Shown one piece after another: positions 58,113 to 64,000 of a stretch of 64,000 bases of DNA (position 1 is the first letter of the stretch; each line of letters starts with the position of its first letter). The DNA lies in the NCBI GenBank assembly GCA_964511965.1, contig CAZEGF010000022.1, forward strand, positions 12,101-76,100. Direction: 5' to 3'. Position numbers and translations under genes: made by a program. The notes beneath the pieces were generated by a model. That model was not told the origin of the DNA and ran no database searches. It worked only from the letters and a program-made list of their open reading frames with translations. This DNA comes from an uncultured Gammaproteobacteria bacterium (GTDB lineage: Bacteria > Patescibacteriota > Microgenomatia > Levybacterales > GWA1-39-11).

Positions 58113-58226
58113 ATACTATAAGTTTAGACCTTAACTACAGAAAGTCAATTATTTCACTAATATTTTGTGAAGTTTTTGAGAGGTAGATATCAAGTTCAAA
58201 TTGAATACTAGCGATAAACTAGCATC

Positions 58227-58469
58227 ATGAAACTGACAAATGCAGAGATACTAAAAACAAACACAGCTGAAAATGTAACTTTGAAAGACAGAATTTCTGA
58301 AGCTGAGAATAAGGCAACCGGTGAAGAATTGAAATTGCACGAGGCTGAGGAGGATGCACGAAGTCTGGATTTACTTTTACAACAAATAGAAGCGACACAC
58401 GAGAAAAAAGAAGAAGCAGAGCGCAAAGGAAAAGAAACGTCGGAAAAAATAGCTGAAATATCAGGATAG
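58227..58469 (+). CDS. Small coiled-coil protein
   Basis: E/K-rich 80-aa ORF. Confidence 0.6.
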   Translation: MKLTNAEILKTNTAENVTLKDRISEAENKATGEELKLHEAEEDARSLDLLLQQIEATHEKKEEAERKGKETSEKIAEISG

Positions 58470-58535
58470 TAAGAAATAAGAATGAATTATTAAGAACGGA
58501 CTAATCACTAATTACTATTCACTAATCACTAATTT

Positions 58536-58832
58536 ATGACATACAAAACATTACAAACTAATTTTGAAAAAGAACTTTTGTTCCATCTGATATTTAGTTT
58601 GAAAAGAAAAAAGATCACAAAAGATCAGGGGCAAAAAATCGCAAAAGAATTTTTGGAGGTGCTACGCTGTGCCGACAATCCTGAGGATTTTTTGCAAGGG
58701 ATTTCAAAAATTGCTCCTTATTATTTAGAAATAAGAGAGAGTTTTCTAAAAGTGGTGCCGGAATATGAGAAAGAAAATGTTGAAGAAAGACTAATTAATG
58801 TAAGACAAATTTTGAAAGGAGGAAGTATCTAA
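58536..58832 (+). CDS. Hypothetical protein
   Basis: 98-aa ORF coupled to the next gene. Confidence 0.7.
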   Translation: MTYKTLQTNFEKELLFHLIFSLKRKKITKDQGQKIAKEFLEVLRCADNPEDFLQGISKIAPYYLEIRESFLKVVPEYEKENVEERLINVRQILKGGSI

Positions 58833-58834
58833 CT

Positions 58835-59527
58835 ATGGAAACAATGGAAATGCCAATGACACAAGGAGTTTCACAAACAATAGACACTCAGGAGTTGGAA
58901 GTTAGGAGTTTGGAGCTGGAACAAGAATCAGAGAATTCGAACGAGGAATTAAGAGGAAGTATGCATGAGAGTCAAACGATAGATTCGCTTTTAGAACATG
59001 CAGCTGAGGAGGGAACGGGGTTTGAAGATATTTTAGAAAAAATTGCTGAAGGGGAATTTGAAGAAGAGTCAAGTGAGGGAAAGGCAGAGACAGAAGTGCA
59101 AACTGAAGCAGATGATGAAATAGTTGAAGAAGAAATGTTAGATGAGGATGTCACTATGTCTTCTGAGGAATTTCAAGTTCTTGAGGAAAAAATGGATACT
59201 GTCATTGAAAATACAAAGGAAATTTTGGAAAAACAAGATACGGCTTCACCCGAAATCCGTATGTCTTCAAAAGAATTCTTTGACATGATTTTAGCAATGT
59301 ATTTACTGGCCAAACAAGAAAAAAGTAAAAAGAGAAAGAGCAGCATGTTCTTATTTCTGATTAATCTTATTGGAACATTTATGCAATCCATAGCAGATCC
59401 TGAATCCTTGGACAAAAAAGTTGAAAGCATGAAGACAGCGGAGTTGGAGGAGGAAGAGCCTGATGAAGATAATCTCATTGACATGGTGAAATACCTTGAG
59501 AAGAACAAAATGCTGAATGTAGCATAA
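58835..59527 (+). CDS. Acidic hypothetical protein
   Basis: SD AAAGGAGG; Glu-rich. Confidence 0.7.
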   Translation: METMEMPMTQGVSQTIDTQELEVRSLELEQESENSNEELRGSMHESQTIDSLLEHAAEEGTGFEDILEKIAEGEFEEESSEGKAETEVQTEADDEIVEEEMLDEDVTMSSEEFQVLEEKMDTVIENTKEILEKQDTASPEIRMSSKEFFDMILAMYLLAKQEKSKKRKSSMFLFLINLIGTFMQSIADPESLDKKVESMKTAELEEEEPDEDNLIDMVKYLEKNKMLNVA

Positions 59528-59575
59528 ATTAATCCTCTTTAATTCTTAATTCGGATGATATACTATCCTTAAACC

Positions 59576-60817
59576 ATGAAATATTCTCAATTATTTGTAA
59601 GTACTCTTCGTGAGGCTCCAAAAGAAGCAGAGACCACCAACCACAAACTACTTGTACAGGGAGGATTTGTAGATCAGTTAATGGCTGGTGTTTTTTCCTA
59701 TCTCCCTCTTGGTTTGAAAGTACTCCGAAACATTGAGCAAATTGTTAGAGAGGAAATGGATAAAATTGGAGGTTCTGAAATTCTCATGCCAATTTTACAC
59801 CCGAGTGATGTTTGGAAAACAACAGGCGGGTGGGACAGCATAGATGTACTTTTCAAAATTAAATCCCGCACAGAAAAGGATTATGCTTTAGGGCAAAGTG
59901 AGGAAGAAGTGGTAACACCTCTAGTTATGTCTAGAGTCAACACCTACAAAGATTTGCCTATTGCTGTCTATCAAATCCATTGGAAGTACCGTGATGAGTT
60001 GAGGGCAAAATCAGGAATATTGCGGGGCCGTGAATTTTTTATGAAAGATATGTATTCATTTCATGAAAATCAGGAAGATTTTGACAGATTTTACCAAGAG
60101 GTTAAAGAAGCATATTTGAGAATCTACAGTCGATTGGGATTGACAGCTAAAGTAACAGAAGCATCGGGAGGATCTTTCTCAAAAAAGATTTCATACGAAT
60201 TCATGGTTCTAACTGATGCCGGGGAGGATGACATTTTGTATTGTGATAAATGTGATTATTGCGTCAATGTTGAGGTTGCTGAAGGTAAAAATGAGGGAGA
60301 CACCTGCCCTCGTTGTAATGAGTCAAATTTACTTAAAGCTCGAGCATCTGAAGTTGGGAATGTATTTGATCTGGGGCAAAAATATGGGAAAGACTTTGAT
60401 CTGGGTTTTTTGGACAGAGATGGGCAAAAACAATTTCCTATCATGGGTTGTTATGGAATTGGAATTTCACGGGCAATGGGTGTTATTGTTGAGAAATTTA
60501 ACGACGAGCGGGGGATAATTTGGCCTGAGGAAGTTTCTCCATTTCAAGTGTATCTAATTTCAATTGGAAAAGATGAAGAGGCAAATGCTTTATATGAAGA
60601 GCTAAAACAAAAAGGGGTAGAGGTGTTATTTGATGACAGGGATAAAAATCCCGGAGAAAAATTTGGCGATTGCGATCTTTTAGGAATCCCAATGCGAATA
60701 GTTCTGTCAGGCAAATTAGAAGAAGGAATGGTAGAAGTTAAAAAGAGAACCGAAAGTGACGTTTCAATACTATCGAAGGAGAAATTAATGAATTTATTAA
60801 TTTCTTATAATAACTAA
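59576..60817 (+). CDS. proS: Proline--tRNA ligase (no editing insertion)
   Basis: TLREAP, YLPLG, KYRDELR, RGREFFMKDMYSF, MGCYGIGISR. Confidence 0.96.
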   Translation: MKYSQLFVSTLREAPKEAETTNHKLLVQGGFVDQLMAGVFSYLPLGLKVLRNIEQIVREEMDKIGGSEILMPILHPSDVWKTTGGWDSIDVLFKIKSRTEKDYALGQSEEEVVTPLVMSRVNTYKDLPIAVYQIHWKYRDELRAKSGILRGREFFMKDMYSFHENQEDFDRFYQEVKEAYLRIYSRLGLTAKVTEASGGSFSKKISYEFMVLTDAGEDDILYCDKCDYCVNVEVAEGKNEGDTCPRCNESNLLKARASEVGNVFDLGQKYGKDFDLGFLDRDGQKQFPIMGCYGIGISRAMGVIVEKFNDERGIIWPEEVSPFQVYLISIGKDEEANALYEELKQKGVEVLFDDRDKNPGEKFGDCDLLGIPMRIVLSGKLEEGMVEVKKRTESDVSILSKEKLMNLLISYNN

Positions 60818-60849
60818 ACCCTAAACGCTTCCTTAACTAAATGCTAGCG

Positions 60850-61434
60850 TTAGCGCTTTATAAACCCAAATATTATTGCCCAGAAGAGCCCCCAGACGAT
60901 TATAAAAACCAGTCCTAGGACTATTAATACAGGTAATGAAATTTTTGATTTCTTCTTTGCACCTGCTGCGGGCGTAGCTGTACCGGGTACAGTCGGGGAG
61001 GCTGGCGGTTGGTGAGCTGTACCACTAAATGCAAAAGTATTTCCTTCACTGATTGGTCTTGCGGGAGCACTACTTAAAGCTTGTTCAGCAGTACTATCCA
61101 TTGTTGGCATCCCATTCATTGGTGGCATGGCTCCGCCCAGAGGGTTGGGCGCAGCGGGTTGTGCTGGTGCAGTAGGCATTTCTAATGGGGGCGGCATAGT
61201 TCCACCCAGAGGATTTGGAGCGGCGGGTTCAGCTGGCATTACTGGAGGTGTTGTTCCAAGCGGTGGCGGCATTGAAGGAGTACCAAGGGGGCTTTGTCCT
61301 GCAGGAGGCGTAGCCGATGTTGCAAGAGGCGGAGTAGTGCCAGGAGTAGCTGCTGCTTTACTACCTGAAGTATTCATAACTCTATCGTAAATTTCCTTCA
61401 GTTCCGGGGTAAGGTTGGTCTTTTTTGTATCCAT
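60850..61434 (-). CDS. Pro-rich protein with C-terminal membrane anchor
   Basis: Repeated PAAPNPLGGxMPP; terminal TM helix. Confidence 0.75.
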   Translation of the reverse strand: MDTKKTNLTPELKEIYDRVMNTSGSKAAATPGTTPPLATSATPPAGQSPLGTPSMPPPLGTTPPVMPAEPAAPNPLGGTMPPPLEMPTAPAQPAAPNPLGGAMPPMNGMPTMDSTAEQALSSAPARPISEGNTFAFSGTAHQPPASPTVPGTATPAAGAKKKSKISLPVLIVLGLVFIIVWGLFWAIIFGFIKR

Positions 61435-61593
61435 GGCAGTACCTTAGTTTATTTATTATCGGGTTTAAATGTCAAGGCTTCATTGTTTTTGAGGTTAAAA
61501 ACCAGTATACTAACATATAATTTAAAATTTGAAATTTAAAATTTAAAAAATTGACTAAAAATTATAAATTCAAAATTAAAAATTTGTAAACAT

Positions 61594-62508
61594 ATGAGAA
61601 AAATCGTAACCCATAAAAGTTCAGACCTTGACGCTGTAACAAGCGTTTGGCTTCTCAAGCGGTTTTTGCCAGGTTGGGAAGAGGCAGAAATTGCATTTGT
61701 TAATGCAGGGGAAAAACTTGCTGGAGATTATTCATCCAGTCATCCTGAGCAAAGCGAAGGATCTCAAGCAATTGAAACTGTTGATGGTATTCCAGTAATT
61801 CACGTAGATACAGGACTTGGAGCATTGGATCATCATCAAACAGCAGATAATAATATATGTGGTGCAAGCCTGACATTAGATTTCGTACTGACAAACCCCG
61901 AATCAACCCTACATAAGCACGACAATAAAAGAGATGCAGTTAAAAGGATTGTAGAGCTTGTTATTGATGACGATCATTTTCAAGAAGTATATTATCCGGA
62001 TAGTAATGCAGATGTATATGAAGCTGGAATAGTTGCAATTATACAAGGATATAAAATCCTACATAAAGGTGATGACATGGCGCTTGTTGAGTTTTGTTTT
62101 GAATTGTTGGATGACATTTTGCATAACCTGGAAGCCAAAATTTGGGCAGAAAGCGAAATAAAAGAGAAAGGAATTGAGTTTGAATCTAAATGGGGTAAAG
62201 CAATTGGAGTTGAGACTATCAATGATGAGGTATTGAAAAGAGCGCAGATGATGGGATATACAGTATCTGTCCGGAAAGACCCGAGTGTTGGTTTTATTCG
62301 GATAAAAGCTCTTCCTGATAAAAGGGGAGGGGATAGTCTTAATATTGATTTGACGGAAACCTATGATAAATTAAAATCAATGGATCCCGATTCTTCATGG
62401 TTCCTTCACGCTTCAAAAAGAATGCTTCTCAATGGTTCTTCCAAAAATCCTGAGATGAAGGGGAGTAAACTCACTCTTGAACAGGTGATAGAGGTCTTAA
62501 AAGTATAG
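61594..62508 (+). CDS. DHH/MYG1-like phosphoesterase
   Basis: VTH..DLDA, HVDTG...DHHQ, FLHAS. Confidence 0.7.
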   Translation: MRKIVTHKSSDLDAVTSVWLLKRFLPGWEEAEIAFVNAGEKLAGDYSSSHPEQSEGSQAIETVDGIPVIHVDTGLGALDHHQTADNNICGASLTLDFVLTNPESTLHKHDNKRDAVKRIVELVIDDDHFQEVYYPDSNADVYEAGIVAIIQGYKILHKGDDMALVEFCFELLDDILHNLEAKIWAESEIKEKGIEFESKWGKAIGVETINDEVLKRAQMMGYTVSVRKDPSVGFIRIKALPDKRGGDSLNIDLTETYDKLKSMDPDSSWFLHASKRMLLNGSSKNPEMKGSKLTLEQVIEVLKV

Positions 62509-63052
62509 GTACGAGTTGTTGCAAAACTCGCGTATCATTATCAACAACACCAACCGTAAAATCATAATCAATCTCATCAATCTTACCAACTGTTCGTTCA
62601 TATAATCCATGATGGTCTTCTCTCGCTTCAAAATCTATGAGTGATCTTTTCCTCTTATTATCAACTCGATAATCATCAATGATTGTTTCAGGATGCATAT
62701 TGGTCATTACCCGTAAAATTGGGCGGGAAGATATACCTCGTTCTGCATCAGTTCTTACTGCTTTCATAGCGAAAGTACGAGCAAGGGTAATTGTGTAACT
62801 AAAAAACAGAGGATGTATGTGTTTTCCTTTCATTCTGTCAGGGTCTATGAGTGAGTAATAAGTGTATTGTGCATCCACACTGTCGGGTGTTTGTTCTGGA
62901 TCATAACTTTTTGCTAACTCAATTAATTGATCACGATATGTTGAAGTGCCGTGCAACCCAACGTTTGGACGAGCAAGCTTGAGTAATTCTTTTTCGACTT
63001 CGCGTCTTTCAGGGGAAAGTTTATAGGGGTTTCTTTTTGGAAAAAATTCCAT
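62471..63052 (-). CDS. Hypothetical protein
   Basis: 193-aa ORF containing LHGTS. Confidence 0.6.
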   Translation of the reverse strand: MEFFPKRNPYKLSPERREVEKELLKLARPNVGLHGTSTYRDQLIELAKSYDPEQTPDSVDAQYTYYSLIDPDRMKGKHIHPLFFSYTITLARTFAMKAVRTDAERGISSRPILRVMTNMHPETIIDDYRVDNKRKRSLIDFEAREDHHGLYERTVGKIDEIDYDFTVGVVDNDTRVLQQLVPILLRPLSPVQE

Positions 63053-63071
63053 GTGTGGATTTTACCACAAC

Positions 63072-63392
63072 TTATTCAATAATTTTGTATTCAGCGTCTA
63101 TAAATTTTGGATCATCTTGAGGAACATCAGGAATATCTATTCTGGTTCCAAACATAAAAATAGCATCCTCACAAAATTCATTACGTCTCCTGCGATAAGG
63201 ATCGACAATATTTGCAATTGTTATCTCACCCACACCAATTCCAACGGTACTTACACCAGTAGTTGCTAACAAAATACCCTTCGGGATATCATAGGATATG
63301 CTTTCGGCAACCCCAAGACCAGCGATAAGTGATCCTGTGCCGATTGTTGCAAGTCCAAGTCTTCTAATAATTTTATGGCCGTTCTCTTTCAT
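63072..63392 (-). CDS. Small membrane protein
   Basis: Two Gly-rich hydrophobic segments; follows the prfA stop. Confidence 0.55.
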   Translation of the reverse strand: MKENGHKIIRRLGLATIGTGSLIAGLGVAESISYDIPKGILLATTGVSTVGIGVGEITIANIVDPYRRRRNEFCEDAIFMFGTRIDIPDVPQDDPKFIDAEYKIIE

Positions 63393-63393
63393 A

Positions 63394-64000
63394 TTATTCA
63401 GCTGTTGTTTCTTGAGGAACATTATTTTCAGAATTGTGAAGATCTTTTAAGAGTTCATCAATATCTCCATCCATAAAAGTAGGGAGATTGTGGTAGGATT
63501 TGCCTATTCTGTGATCTGTAACTCTGTCTTGTGGGAAATTGTATGTCCGAATTTTCTCATTACGCATTCCACTTCCAACTTGTGTAGATTTAAGTTCTGC
63601 AACTTCAAGGTGTTGCTTTTCAACTTCAGCTTCCCACAATTTAGAACGAAGAACTTCCATAGCATTTTCTCGATTTTGATTTTGAGACCTCTCACGAGAT
63701 GCTGTTACAATAATTCCAGATGGGATATGCTTGACTCTTACCGCAGTACTAACCTTATTTACATTCTGTCCTCCATGCCCACCAGCTCGAAAAGCTTCAA
63801 ATTCGATATCCTCTGGTCTGATATGAAGATCAATATCTTGAAGTTCAGGCAAAATACTAACAACAGCAGTTGATGTGTGAACCCGTCCGCGCTTTTCAGT
63901 AAGAGGGACACGTTGCACACGGTGCACCCCTGACTCAAATTTGAAAGTTCCAAAAGCTCTTTTATTGATAATTTTTACACTAAATTCATCCAGCATTTCT
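63394..64000 (-). CDS. prfA: Peptide chain release factor 1, 3' part (runs off window)
   Basis: [14 protein letters not shown] (PxT specificity motif), [18 protein letters not shown]. Confidence 0.95.
   Translation of the reverse strand, partial: EMLDEFSVKIINKRAFGTFKFESGVHRVQRVPLTEKRGRVHTSTAVVSILPELQDIDLHIRPEDIEFEAFRAGGHGGQNVNKVSTAVRVKHIPSGIIVTASRERSQNQNRENAMEVLRSKLWEAEVEKQHLEVAELKSTQVGSGMRNEKIRTYNFPQDRVTDHRIGKSYHNLPTFMDGDIDELLKDLHNSENNVPQETTAE

Overview
AT-rich bacterial chromosome segment. The gene set and style (short EF-Ts, editing-domain-less ProS, cohesin/VWA/pilin-like surface proteins, many ORFans, -10 boxes directly before start codons) suggest a Patescibacteria/CPR (Microgenomates-like) genome using code 11; this taxonomy is inference. 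It carries housekeeping genes (glyA partial, rpsB, tsf, rseP, frr, recR, trhO, ychF, HIT, rpsU, ybeY, dnaX, ybaB, prs, suhB, proS, prfA partial), a surface-protein cluster, transporters, a sugar C-methylation mini-operon and a SAM-I riboswitch. The main signal is four visibly GC-rich islets (A ~29.0-32.6 kb on +; B ~48.9-49.9, C ~52.4-53.3 and D ~53.35-54.35 kb on -) that share an rRNA-operon-like plan. Each has a sigma70 promoter, a boxA-like element, a 14-24 bp helix pairing the leader with the 3' end of the unit, and a terminal hairpin. The cargo is ppsA plus three small ORFs (one copies a PpsA motif), a ~1 kb structured non-coding RNA, or SD-led small Cys-rich ORFans. A second layer is a pervasive set of 7-bp-periodic and REP-like repeats that bracket a four-helix-bundle gene, enter conserved proteins in frame and sit at duplication scars. 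All calls were made by eye; no searches or folding programs were run.
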